Source: a virus
Strand: one strand, 5' to 3'
Length of the DNA: 64,000 bases
Virus record (IMG/VR): IMGVR_UViG_3300043446_002688
Shown: positions 1-8,636 of the stretch, one piece after another
Numbering within the stretch: the stretch's first letter is position 1
Layout: the number at the start of each line of letters is the position of its first letter
The notes under the pieces: model-generated
Seen by the model: only the letters and a program-made list of their open reading frames with translations
What the model was told of the DNA's origin: nothing
The model's database searches: none
Position numbers and translations under genes: made by a program

Positions 1-240
1 GTGATTTTTAAACACTATGGTGATCCTGTGAATGTACGAACAACATTTGATTTTGTGCATTGCTTGCCTTATTATGATTCCAGAGATGACAAATTGTATA
101 TTTCAAGAGAGCAATATGATTGTTGCGTGAACAAAACATTACTTAATAATGGAGGCAATATGCCATCACATTGGAGAGTAGATAAATTTACAAGAAGAGG
201 TTACAGATATGGCGATAATAAAATCTTCCGGAACACCTGA
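1..240 (+). CDS. Hypothetical protein, probably 5'-truncated by the window edge
   Basis: ORF from base 1 (GTG); stop overlaps the next gene; no motif recognised. Confidence 0.55.
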   Translation: MIFKHYGDPVNVRTTFDFVHCLPYYDSRDDKLYISREQYDCCVNKTLLNNGGNMPSHWRVDKFTRRGYRYGDNKIFRNT

Positions 241-628
241 TTATAAGTTTCAACCAAATCATAGTGTTATCTCCCAATCCACGCCATTGCCAGCAGGCAC
301 TGGTTCTAATGGTTATATCACCGCATCTAATTGGAGTAATACAATCTTAAATCCAATAGAATATCATATTCAAGGTAAGATGGTTGTCGTTTCTAGAAGT
401 TATGATTTTTCACATAGGATGAATTCACCTTTAGATGATGATGCATATAATAGTGTTATTAAGAAACAATTGATTGAAGATTTGGTTAATGAACTTTGGA
501 AAAATAAACATATTGAATTCACAAAAACAGAAGATCCTAGTAATTATGCCTATATGTACCGTGCCAGAGTTTGCACGGTGCCGGATACCCAAGTCCGTAT
601 ACTAAGGGAACAAGGCTTGCCAAAATAA
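209..628 (+). CDS. Hypothetical phage protein
   Basis: 139-aa ORF with GAGG SD upstream, tightly packed. Confidence 0.7.
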   Translation: MAIIKSSGTPDYKFQPNHSVISQSTPLPAGTGSNGYITASNWSNTILNPIEYHIQGKMVVVSRSYDFSHRMNSPLDDDAYNSVIKKQLIEDLVNELWKNKHIEFTKTEDPSNYAYMYRARVCTVPDTQVRILREQGLPK

Positions 629-645
629 CCTGGTTGTGTTATAAT
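617..645 (+). promoter_or_regulatory. Sigma70-type promoter TTGCCA-N17-TATAAT with extended -10 TG
   Basis: ttgcca 617-622, tataat 640-645, TG at 637-638; GGAG SD and ATG 667 follow. Confidence 0.8.
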
Positions 646-666
646 ATACACATACTGGAGAAGTAG

Positions 667-1521
667 ATGAAATTTGCATTATGTTCGGACCTACACTTAG
701 AGTTTGGTCCTATTGAATTATTGAACACCGAAGGTGCCGAAGTGTTGGTACTTTCTGGTGATATTTGTGTTGCCAAGGATGTGCGTCAGCGTTATGATTC
801 TAATATCATGGACCACAAAGGCATGAACGTGCGTATCCATGATTTCTTTGACAATGTTTGTTCAGAGTTTGAAAATGTTATCTATGTGATGGGTAACCAC
901 GAGCACTATCATGGTGATATCACAAAGAGTTATGACCGTTTGCGTGAGCATTTGGGTTACCGCACAAATCTACATATCATGGAAAAAGAATTCATCCGTC
1001 TTGGTGATGTAACATTTGTTTGTGCTACATTGTGGACTGATATGAACAAGGAAGACCCATTGACATTGCAAACTGTCTGGGGTTATATGAACGATTATCG
1101 TATCATTTCCAATGGTGCGATTGTTAGTCATTTCCGTGATAATGATGGCAATTCACAAATACGGGTTGCTGCGTTGGCACCTGATGATACTGTGGTTGAA
1201 CACAAGGCGACCTTGAAGTTTATTGCTGATGTTGTTGATGTTGAACCTACTACCAAGTTTGTGGTTGTTGGCCATCATGCGCCTAGCAAATTGTCTACAA
1301 AACCAAGATATGAAAAAGATGTGCAAGTGAACGGTGCATACAGTTCCGATTTGTCTGAGTTTATTCTGGATCGTCCGCAAATCAAAGTGTGGACACATGG
1401 ACATACACATGACAACTTTGATTATATGATTGGTTCTACCCGTGTGGTTGCTAATCCTCGTGGTTATGATGGTTACGAATCGCAAGCGGATAGATTCAAA
1501 TTGCAATACATAGAGGTTTGA
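667..1521 (+). CDS. Calcineurin-like metallophosphoesterase
   Basis: DLHLE, GD, GNHEHY, HHAP and GHTH metal-binding motifs in the correct order. Confidence 0.9.
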   Translation: MKFALCSDLHLEFGPIELLNTEGAEVLVLSGDICVAKDVRQRYDSNIMDHKGMNVRIHDFFDNVCSEFENVIYVMGNHEHYHGDITKSYDRLREHLGYRTNLHIMEKEFIRLGDVTFVCATLWTDMNKEDPLTLQTVWGYMNDYRIISNGAIVSHFRDNDGNSQIRVAALAPDDTVVEHKATLKFIADVVDVEPTTKFVVVGHHAPSKLSTKPRYEKDVQVNGAYSSDLSEFILDRPQIKVWTHGHTHDNFDYMIGSTRVVANPRGYDGYESQADRFKLQYIEV

Positions 1522-1522
1522 T

Positions 1523-1783
1523 ATGACTATGCCATACATTCCTATGAAGTTAGTGCCGAAGTTGAAATATATGGACTTCATCACTTATCTGCTTTTGAAC
1601 ATTGAATGGAATAAACAGATTCGTGATGAATCTTTCAATGATTTTGATAAACGATGGAAACAAGGTCAGATTGATATGTTACAAACCATCATTGATGAAA
1701 TGTTGGGTATTGAATATGACCACATGGAAAAAATCGTACTGTTGATGGAAGAAATTCACGAGGCTTTTAATGAGAAACAGTGA
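1523..1783 (+). CDS. Hypothetical protein
   Basis: 86-aa ORF coupled to neighbours. Confidence 0.65.
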   Translation: MTMPYIPMKLVPKLKYMDFITYLLLNIEWNKQIRDESFNDFDKRWKQGQIDMLQTIIDEMLGIEYDHMEKIVLLMEEIHEAFNEKQ

Positions 1784-2114
1784 TGTTCAACGAATGATTG
1801 ATATGACAACAGAAGGATTGAAAATGGAAAAGAAACTATATTTGGTTGAAGTTGCGTCCACATTCCGTATGCGGTATGTTGTTGAAGCTCGTGAAGAAAG
1901 TCATGCGCTCGATGAGGTGGTGTGCCGTGAATCTGATACAGAGTTCAAAGAATTCTCACAAGAGCATATTGGCACACACATCTTTTCTTCCCGTGAATTG
2001 TCGGCCACAGATTTTATGGAATTGTTTGCTAAAGATAATGATTATTTGGCAGAATGGCCTATTGCAAAGAAAATGAATTACATCAATACGATTGATTACA
2101 AGGATGAAGAATGA
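1770..2114 (+). CDS. Hypothetical acidic phage protein
   Basis: 114-aa ORF, ATGA overlap with the next gene; true start may be the internal Met (MEKKLYLVEV). Confidence 0.7.
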   Translation: MRNSDVQRMIDMTTEGLKMEKKLYLVEVASTFRMRYVVEAREESHALDEVVCRESDTEFKEFSQEHIGTHIFSSRELSATDFMELFAKDNDYLAEWPIAKKMNYINTIDYKDEE

Positions 2115-2971
2115 GTAAAAAGATTTTGATTACTGGTGGTGCAGGTTATATCGGCAAACACCTCGCAACATTTTTGGTTTCTCGTAACTATACTGTTGAT
2201 GTGATTGACCGAAAATCAAACGATGGTGATTTGTGTCCATGGGTGAAATACATTCAACAAGATATCTTGGACAACAAACGCCTTGATGATGCATATGATA
2301 CTGTCATTCATTTGGCTGCATTGGTGCAAGTTGGTGGTGGCCAGATGGCCGCCATGGATTACTACCGCACCAATGTGGTTGGCACTATGAATATGTTGGA
2401 ACGAGTTGACTATGATAATTTTATCTTTGCATCAACTTGCCAAGCAAACGAAGCCCATGTTTATGGTCACACCAAGCATATTGCAGAAGGTATCGTTCGT
2501 CAATATTGTGGACTAAACAATAAGAAACACACCATCTTCCGTTTTGGTAATGTTGTTGGTCGTGATTATGATTATAATCCAACCAATACTGACGGTTTGA
2601 TGTATAATCTAATGCAGGCCAAAGAAACAGGTGTTTTTAATCTGTATGGTAATGATTATAACACATTTGACGGCACAGCATTGCGTGACTACATTCATGT
2701 AATGGAAGTTTGTTATGCAATAGAAAAGGCAATCAACCGAGCAAGTTGTGTACCTGCGGCTGAGATTCAACCAGTCTTTGAATATCTTGGCCGTGCTATG
2801 CCTGTTTCTGTTATGGATTGTGTTAATGCGTTTAAGAAGGCAAATGAATGTGATTTTGAAGTTGTTGTGAAACCACGCCGTGTTGGTGATAAGGGTGAAA
2901 CAAAAACATACATAGTTTCTCCTTATATGCCACAAAACAAATTTACAGTTGAAGAAATGATGAAGATATGA
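2111..2971 (+). CDS. NAD-dependent epimerase/dehydratase (GalE-like extended SDR)
   Basis: ILITGGAGYIG Rossmann motif, VIHLAA, YxxxK (YGHTK), FRFGNV, RDYIHV. Confidence 0.9.
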   Translation: MSKKILITGGAGYIGKHLATFLVSRNYTVDVIDRKSNDGDLCPWVKYIQQDILDNKRLDDAYDTVIHLAALVQVGGGQMAAMDYYRTNVVGTMNMLERVDYDNFIFASTCQANEAHVYGHTKHIAEGIVRQYCGLNNKKHTIFRFGNVVGRDYDYNPTNTDGLMYNLMQAKETGVFNLYGNDYNTFDGTALRDYIHVMEVCYAIEKAINRASCVPAAEIQPVFEYLGRAMPVSVMDCVNAFKKANECDFEVVVKPRRVGDKGETKTYIVSPYMPQNKFTVEEMMKI

Positions 2972-3570
2972 AAATCTATAAATCAAATTATCGTAACCAC
3001 TGGCTTTCTCCATATACAATCTTGGAGAAAGTATTTTTCTGGAAAGAAATTGACTTTGATGATCCGTTCATTGAGAAATGGGCAGACCGTTTAATGCCGT
3101 TCTGCCAAGTATGGCAAAAGGTGTTTGATTTCATTCGTCCACAAATCAATTATGTGAAAATTAACCATTACGATACATGGTCAATGGACCACACCTTGGC
3201 TGATATTATTCTTCCAATGTTGAAACAACTAAAGGCGACCAAACACGGTTCACCTGCTGTTGATGATGAAGATGTACCGTTTGAATTGCGTTCATACTGT
3301 GCATGGCCTGTTGAATCGTGGGAAACTGATACTAACTGGCACAAGCGTTGGGAATATGTCCTCGATGAAATGATTTGGGCATTTGAACAAAAAGTAAATG
3401 GTGATGATGAATCTCCATACTTTGACCATGGCGAAAACTGGGACACTAAACCTTGGGACAAAGATTATGAACCACCAAAAATTGATTGGGCTGGTTTGAA
3501 AGCACATCAAGAACGCCGTGCAAATGGATTCCGTTTGTTTGGTAAATATTACGAAGGACTGTGGGACTAA
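2968..3570 (+). CDS. Conserved hypothetical phage protein (Trp-rich)
   Basis: 200-aa ORF with ATGA overlap; DTWSMDHTLADIILPMLKQ and W..VLDEMIWAFE blocks resemble myovirus hypotheticals. Confidence 0.75.
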   Translation: MKIYKSNYRNHWLSPYTILEKVFFWKEIDFDDPFIEKWADRLMPFCQVWQKVFDFIRPQINYVKINHYDTWSMDHTLADIILPMLKQLKATKHGSPAVDDEDVPFELRSYCAWPVESWETDTNWHKRWEYVLDEMIWAFEQKVNGDDESPYFDHGENWDTKPWDKDYEPPKIDWAGLKAHQERRANGFRLFGKYYEGLWD

Positions 3571-3743
3571 TGAAACTATACTTGCGTTATTGGTGGAAAG
3601 TGTGGGCAAAGGCCTTAGGTGAAAAGGCACACCACAACGACAAGTTTGCCGACCGGGTGGCTATCATTAGGACAATAATTGTGTTATCATACTTGGTCAC
3701 AAACGGTTTTATTATTGCAGGCGTCATACGCCATTGGGGTTGA
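3561..3743 (+). CDS. Small membrane protein
   Basis: 60 aa with one hydrophobic helix; start may be ATG 3570. Confidence 0.6.
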   Translation: MGLMKLYLRYWWKVWAKALGEKAHHNDKFADRVAIIRTIIVLSYLVTNGFIIAGVIRHWG

Positions 3744-3744
3744 T

Positions 3745-3999
3745 ATGTTATGTTATCTTGATTATATTTCGGCTTGCAGGCGCCTGCATGAGGTTGAAAA
3801 GACTGTCGCCATGTTGAAAACGGAGAAGTATTCTGAACGTGATGTACCTGTTCAGGTACTTGCACAACGAGACTTCATTAAGAAGGAAAAAGAATACTAT
3901 GGTGAAGAATGTGTCAAATGGAATTTCATTCTATTCATGTTATTCTGGATTGGTCTTTTTGCTTGGGTTTTTGCACATAAAGTTTTAGGAGTATTTTGA
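3745..3999 (+). CDS. Small protein with C-terminal TM helix
   Basis: In ORF 3679-3999; ATG 3745 follows the previous stop; hydrophobic C-terminus. Confidence 0.55.
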   Translation: MLCYLDYISACRRLHEVEKTVAMLKTEKYSERDVPVQVLAQRDFIKKEKEYYGEECVKWNFILFMLFWIGLFAWVFAHKVLGVF

Positions 4000-4253
4000 T
4001 GTTTGACAAATTTAAGGTGTTCGTAAGTAATTCGGTGTTGAGAAACATTATGGATTTTACCATTTTAATTGCCGTTTTATACTTTTTCTTTTTTATGCAA
4101 CCTGTACAGAAAGAAAACCCAGCATTAAAAGAATACAAAGATGGTATTCAAAATCACCTGACCTGGTCAATCAAAGGTGAATGTTTTTTTGTACGACCGA
4201 ACGATGATGTGACCGTATACTTGGTGCGTGTCCCTGATTGTGATAGAAAATAA
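3996..4253 (+). CDS. Membrane-anchored hypothetical protein
   Basis: N-terminal TM segment, two Cys in the soluble part. Confidence 0.65.
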   Translation: MMFDKFKVFVSNSVLRNIMDFTILIAVLYFFFFMQPVQKENPALKEYKDGIQNHLTWSIKGECFFVRPNDDVTVYLVRVPDCDRK

Positions 4254-4262
4254 GGAGTAATT

Positions 4263-4430
4263 GTGAAAACGGATAAGAACTTCAAGTTCCCCCAAAAATA
4301 TAAATTATTGGTGCGCCTAACTAAAGGTTCAGACGAACTAAGGTCGTTATGGAAAAAGTCCTTCATCGAAGCCACATTGGCCGAAGAAGATTATCGAAAA
4401 GCAAAAATCAGTAAAGAAAAGAGAGATTGA
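4263..4430 (+). CDS. Small basic protein, 55 aa (not in the ORF track)
   Basis: AAGGAG SD then GTG 4263: MKTDKNFKFPQKYKLLVRLTKG...KEKRD*; fills the gap exactly. Confidence 0.7.
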   Translation: MKTDKNFKFPQKYKLLVRLTKGSDELRSLWKKSFIEATLAEEDYRKAKISKEKRD

Positions 4431-4432
4431 TT

Positions 4433-4738
4433 ATGGCATTATTTGTAGAAGTTGATTCAACTGAAAAAAATTGTCCTGTTATTATTAACTTGGACCATAT
4501 TGTAGAGATTGCACCGTTGGTTGATGGTGGTTGCGTATTGTTTATGATGGATGGTGCAGGTGTTAACTCACGCCATGGATTGAAGGTTAAAAATGGTTAT
4601 GATTCTTTCAAACAATTTGCAATGCAAACTGTAACAGCAGAAGATATTGCACGCCGTTTCCCTAAGGTATCGAAAGACGAAGCACCAGCAAAGAAAAAAA
4701 CACCTGTTGATGCACCTTTAGATATTCCTAAACTGTAA
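4433..4738 (+). CDS. Hypothetical protein
   Basis: ORF 4427-4738, ATG at 4433. Confidence 0.7.
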   Translation: MALFVEVDSTEKNCPVIINLDHIVEIAPLVDGGCVLFMMDGAGVNSRHGLKVKNGYDSFKQFAMQTVTAEDIARRFPKVSKDEAPAKKKTPVDAPLDIPKL

Positions 4739-5031
4739 TGAATGATATAGTCGCCGGCATTTTTGACTGGATTAAAAATGACTACAAAACAAACCGAGTT
4801 CGATTCTTTGTCGAACTGTTGGCCTGGGGAGCCTCAATCTTTTGCAGTATCGGTATGGCGTACACTATGCCTAATCCTCCTCTTATTCATTTTTACCCTG
4901 CTTGGATTACTGGGTGTGCCCTTTATGCTTGGGCTGCTTGGTCTAGAAAAAGTTTTGGAATGCTGGCGAACTACATCCTCTTAACAACAATTGATACAAT
5001 TGGATTGATTAGATTATTATGGAACACTTAA
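4738..5031 (+). CDS. Small integral membrane protein (about 3 TM helices)
   Basis: Three hydrophobic segments; TAATG coupling. Confidence 0.7.
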   Translation: MNDIVAGIFDWIKNDYKTNRVRFFVELLAWGASIFCSIGMAYTMPNPPLIHFYPAWITGCALYAWAAWSRKSFGMLANYILLTTIDTIGLIRLLWNT

Positions 5032-5297
5032 ATATACAAACGGTAACTACGAATTATAATGCACCACCATCAGTATATCAAAGTGGTGGTGCATTTAAGG
5101 TGGAAATACCACAATCTAATGTAACGGTGCCCAAACCATTGACCTATAAATTCCGTGTGGCGGAATATGAAAATGGTGGTGAGGTTGTTAAGGTGGGTTT
5201 GCAGGTGCAGACTTGGGAACACGACAACTATGGTAGTGCCATATTGAAAAAAGACTGGACAGATGTGGAAAGAGTGCGCTTGCCATATACCGATTAA
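5019..5297 (+). CDS. Hypothetical protein
   Basis: 92-aa ORF overlapping the previous stop. Confidence 0.65.
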   Translation: MEHLNIQTVTTNYNAPPSVYQSGGAFKVEIPQSNVTVPKPLTYKFRVAEYENGGEVVKVGLQVQTWEHDNYGSAILKKDWTDVERVRLPYTD

Positions 5298-5310
5298 TGT
5301 GAATATGGAT

Positions 5311-5961
5311 TTATAGTCCTCGTAAATATCTTTTTCCTGTATTTGGATTTAGATTATACAACATAAAGAAATCTTTTCTACTGAGACCACTTTCAATAAA
5401 AAGGTTTCTATAATGTTTTTTTCTTTCTTCCATTTCTTCGGATCTTCTCTTATATTCATTTTGTTTGGCCAAAATCATATTTTTTATATGTTCATCACTC
5501 TTTTTCTTTCCTTTAAGAGAATTTGAAATATTTTGTGCATGTAGTTGTGATTTGGGTTTTTTATAATTATCTTTGTTCTTTTTCGGCACTCTCAATTTTT
5601 CTTTAACATATTCTGGCCTAGAAACACCTCTTAAAGCATTTGACCTGGCTAGTTTGGTCAATTCATACATCTTGGATGAAATTTTCCTATTTTGGTGTTT
5701 ATTATTTACTGCCATCATAGAAAATGCATGAGCTAATTTTTTGTTGTCTGGAAAAGATTTGTATAATAAAAAGTGTAATATAAAATGTACCCTTACAGGG
5801 ATTAATATTAAATTATCCACAGAATCATTTCCACCCATACACCTCGGAACAATATGGTGTTTCTCACAAAAACCTTCCATTGGATTTTGTTTATAGTGTT
5901 GTATAAATGATACATAACGGTTATAAAAGTGGTAATTTATTTGGTATTTTATTTTTTCCAT
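5311..5961 (-). mobile_element. Free-standing HNH homing endonuclease (Mob-like) with basic NUMOD3-like repeats
   Basis: EKHHIVPRCMGGNDSVDNLILIPVRVHFILH HNH motif; Lys-rich repeats; antisense to flanking genes; AT-rich. Confidence 0.85.
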
Positions 5962-5962
5962 G

Positions 5963-6001
5963 TTGACTTTTTCTTGTTTTTAGTGTATAATCTTATTTAT
6001 G
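5963..6001. promoter_or_regulatory. Face-to-face promoters: sigma70 TTGACT-N17-TATAAT (+) and late-type CATAAATA (-)
   Basis: ttgact 5963-5968 and tataat 5986-5991; plus-strand tatttatg 5994-6001 reads CATAAATA toward the HNH gene. Confidence 0.7.
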
Positions 6002-6016
6002 TAAAACAGTATCTTT

Positions 6017-6601
6017 ATGGAGATAAAAATTAATATTTTTTACTTATCACACGATCCTACTGAATGTGCTCGTTGGCACGTAGACAAACATGTAATTAAA
6101 CAAATTTTAGAATATGCTCAACTACTTTCTACCGCTCATCGGGTGCTTGATGGCACTCCTACTATTGATAGGGGAGGCGCAGCTGGCCGACAACGAACCA
6201 CGTATATACTCCCTGATAATCGTGATACTGTGCTTTATCGGGCTACTCACATCAACCATCCTTCAGCAATTTGGTGTCGCCAGTCTTATGCCAACTATGT
6301 CTGGCTATCTAAACTGTTGACCGAATTGTGTAAAGAATACACCTATCGTTATGGTAAAGTCCATAAAGTTGAACGTGATGGCCTTGAAGAAGAATTGATG
6401 TATACACCAATGAATATTCCTGCACATGCACCTTTTACAGAACCTACACCAGCAATGCCTGATGAGGTAAAAATCAAAGGCGATTCTATCAAATCATATC
6501 GGAATTACTATATAATGAATAAGCAACACTTGGCCTCTTGGTCAGGTAAAATTAATTCTCGTAAAGTACCGGAGTGGTTCGATGAAGCAGTTAGTGTGTG
6601 A
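6017..6601 (+). CDS. denV: Pyrimidine-dimer DNA glycosylase / endonuclease V family protein
   Basis: NIFYL..DP..CA..HVDKHVIKQILEYAQLLSTAH, YRATHINHPSAIW, YTYRYGKVH, PTPAMP, YRNYY. Confidence 0.75.
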   Translation: MEIKINIFYLSHDPTECARWHVDKHVIKQILEYAQLLSTAHRVLDGTPTIDRGGAAGRQRTTYILPDNRDTVLYRATHINHPSAIWCRQSYANYVWLSKLLTELCKEYTYRYGKVHKVERDGLEEELMYTPMNIPAHAPFTEPTPAMPDEVKIKGDSIKSYRNYYIMNKQHLASWSGKINSRKVPEWFDEAVSV

Positions 6602-6794
6602 TTTTTGTGACTCAGTAAGAATCGGTGTAAAAGTCGGTTACAAACAATTTAAGAAAAGTTTTCAAGAATGCCGTAAAGTGAGAAAGTACACTAAAGCAAA
6701 TTCTTTCAAAACTGATATGTTTGAGCCACAAGTAAATAAGAAAGTGCAAGAGGTTAGAGAACTTGCACAGAAAAATTACAGAGAACAAATCTAA
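6582..6794 (+). CDS. Small basic hypothetical protein
   Basis: 70-aa ORF, TAATG-coupled to the next gene. Confidence 0.5.
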   Translation: MKQLVCDFCDSVRIGVKVGYKQFKKSFQECRKVRKYTKANSFKTDMFEPQVNKKVQEVRELAQKNYREQI

Positions 6795-7069
6795 TGATTT
6801 ATACATTTCTTAATAAAAATACAAATGAGATTGAAGAACATACGATGCGTTTGTCTGAGTATGATAAATTCAAAGAAGATAACCCACACCTAGAGCGTTA
6901 TTTCTCCATAGAAGGTCTTGCAGGTCTTGGTGACGGACAGCGTATGTCCGTTCCAGGTATTGCACAACCACATGCTGCGTTTGAAACTGGTGTTATTCAA
7001 CGTATGCAAGAAACTATTCCAGGAAACACCATGTCTGGTCACAAAACAAAACGACCAAGAGAGTGGTAA
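6794..7069 (+). CDS. Conserved T4-like hypothetical protein (FmdB-like N-terminus without Cys)
   Basis: MIYTFLNKNTNEIEE...YDKFKEDNPHLER; sits just before phoH. Confidence 0.65.
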   Translation: MIYTFLNKNTNEIEEHTMRLSEYDKFKEDNPHLERYFSIEGLAGLGDGQRMSVPGIAQPHAAFETGVIQRMQETIPGNTMSGHKTKRPREW

Positions 7070-7212
7070 TGGCACAGATACCAGCATTATTTCTTCCAAA
7101 AAGGAGTGACAGTGATAAAAAAACCACCGTGAAGAAAGAAACCCCTAAAAAAAGACAATTCAAAAAGAAGGAAGAAAAGCAAACTAAAGCAGTTGCTATG
7201 TTATTATCATAG
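7069..7212 (+). CDS. Lys-rich 47-aa peptide (not in the ORF track)
   Basis: TAATG-coupled; MAQIPALFLPKRSDSDKKTTVKKETPKK...; stop overlaps the phoH SD. Confidence 0.5.
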   Translation: MAQIPALFLPKRSDSDKKTTVKKETPKKRQFKKKEEKQTKAVAMLLS

Positions 7213-7221
7213 GGAGTTTTA

Positions 7222-7986
7222 ATGGCGACAAAAAAACAGATTAGTAGAGAAGATGTTATTGAAGAACAAACTACTAAGACAAGACACCAAGCAGTAAGTA
7301 ATTCACTGAAAATAAAAATAAACGACTTAAAAACATTTGAGCCATTAACAGAAAATCAGAAGATATTTTTTGACGCCTACAAGCGTGGAGATTATTTCGT
7401 TGCACTTCACGGTGTGGCAGGTACGGGTAAAACCTTCTGTGCATTATACAAAGCATTAGAAGAAGTATTGGATAAATCAAATCCATTTAATAAGATTATT
7501 ATTGTCCGTTCAGCGGTACAGTCTCGTGAAATGGGACACTTGCCAGGTGATGTTGATGAAAAGATGGAAATCTATCAACAACCATATGTGCAAATCTGTC
7601 ACACATTATTTGACCGTAAAGATGCCTATGCACGATTGAATGAACAGGGTTATATTGAGTTTATCTCCACCTCATTCATTCGTGGTATGTCATTCGATGA
7701 TGCCATCATTATCGTGGATGAAATGCAAAACTTGACCTTTGAAGAAATTGACACAGTTATGACCCGTGTTGGTTATCGTTCAAAGATTATCTGGTGTGGT
7801 GATTATAGACAAACAGATTTGAATAAACGAAAGAATGATATGTCGGGCATTTTGAGGTTCTTTGATATTGCACACCATATGTCGGCATTTACACGAATTG
7901 AATTTACACCAGAAGATATTGTTAGAAGTAGTCTTGTGCGTGATTATATTTTAGCAAAAATGAATTATGAGGATTCACAAGATTAA
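7222..7986 (+). CDS. phoH: PhoH-family ATPase
   Basis: GVAGTGKT Walker A, VRSAV...GHLPG, FIRGMSF, IIIVDEMQN, IIWCGDYRQTDL, DIVRSSLV. Confidence 0.93.
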   Translation: MATKKQISREDVIEEQTTKTRHQAVSNSLKIKINDLKTFEPLTENQKIFFDAYKRGDYFVALHGVAGTGKTFCALYKALEEVLDKSNPFNKIIIVRSAVQSREMGHLPGDVDEKMEIYQQPYVQICHTLFDRKDAYARLNEQGYIEFISTSFIRGMSFDDAIIIVDEMQNLTFEEIDTVMTRVGYRSKIIWCGDYRQTDLNKRKNDMSGILRFFDIAHHMSAFTRIEFTPEDIVRSSLVRDYILAKMNYEDSQD

Positions 7987-8636
7987 TGTTTACATATTGC
8001 CCACCCAAAGAACTCGCTGACCTAATATCACAAACATTCCCTGACGGTAAACGATACTACACCACACCTGATGGTGTTAAGTTGCCGTCCGTGACTACGG
8101 TCATTGGTGCCAAGGGCAAACAGGCCATTTTAGAATGGCGCAAAAGAGTTGGTGAAGAAGAAGCAAACAAGATATCACGCAAGGCCACTTCACGTGGTAC
8201 TAATGTTCATACACTATGTGAACGATACTTGAACAACGAATCACTTGGTAATATCATGCCTGACGCCAAGGAGATGTTCCTGCCACTCAAACCATTACTG
8301 AATAGAATCAACAACATTCATTATCAGGAATGTGCGTTGTGGTCTCTCCAGTTAGGTATGGCAGGTCGTGTTGATTGTATTGCAGAGTTTGATGGTGTAT
8401 TATCTGTTATTGATTTTAAGACCTCACGCCGTCCTAAGAAGGCGGAAGACATTGATAATTACTTTGCCCAATGCGTTGCTTATGCCTGTATGTATGAAGA
8501 ATTGATTGGTGTTGGTATCGACCAAATCGTCATTATCATGGCCGTGGAAGGTTCGGAACCTCTACTTTTTATTGAAAAGACTGAGGATCACCTAAATACC
8601 TTGTTGGATTATATAAAATTTTACAAGGAAAATTAA
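7986..8636 (+). CDS. PD-(D/E)XK exonuclease (Cas4/RecB-like)
   Basis: LPSVTTVI, RGTNVHTLCE, AGRVDCIAE, VIDFKTS, YFAQCVAYA. Confidence 0.88.
   Translation: MFTYCPPKELADLISQTFPDGKRYYTTPDGVKLPSVTTVIGAKGKQAILEWRKRVGEEEANKISRKATSRGTNVHTLCERYLNNESLGNIMPDAKEMFLPLKPLLNRINNIHYQECALWSLQLGMAGRVDCIAEFDGVLSVIDFKTSRRPKKAEDIDNYFAQCVAYACMYEELIGVGIDQIVIIMAVEGSEPLLFIEKTEDHLNTLLDYIKFYKEN
8592..8598 (+). promoter_or_regulatory. Late-type promoter CTAAATA inside the exonuclease gene
   Basis: Same heptamer precedes structural genes elsewhere in the window; 38 nt before ATG 8637. Confidence 0.45.

Noticed and set aside
7986-8636. cas4 as evidence of a CRISPR system
   Set aside because: No Fe-S Cys cluster, array or other cas genes; stand-alone exonuclease next to phoH
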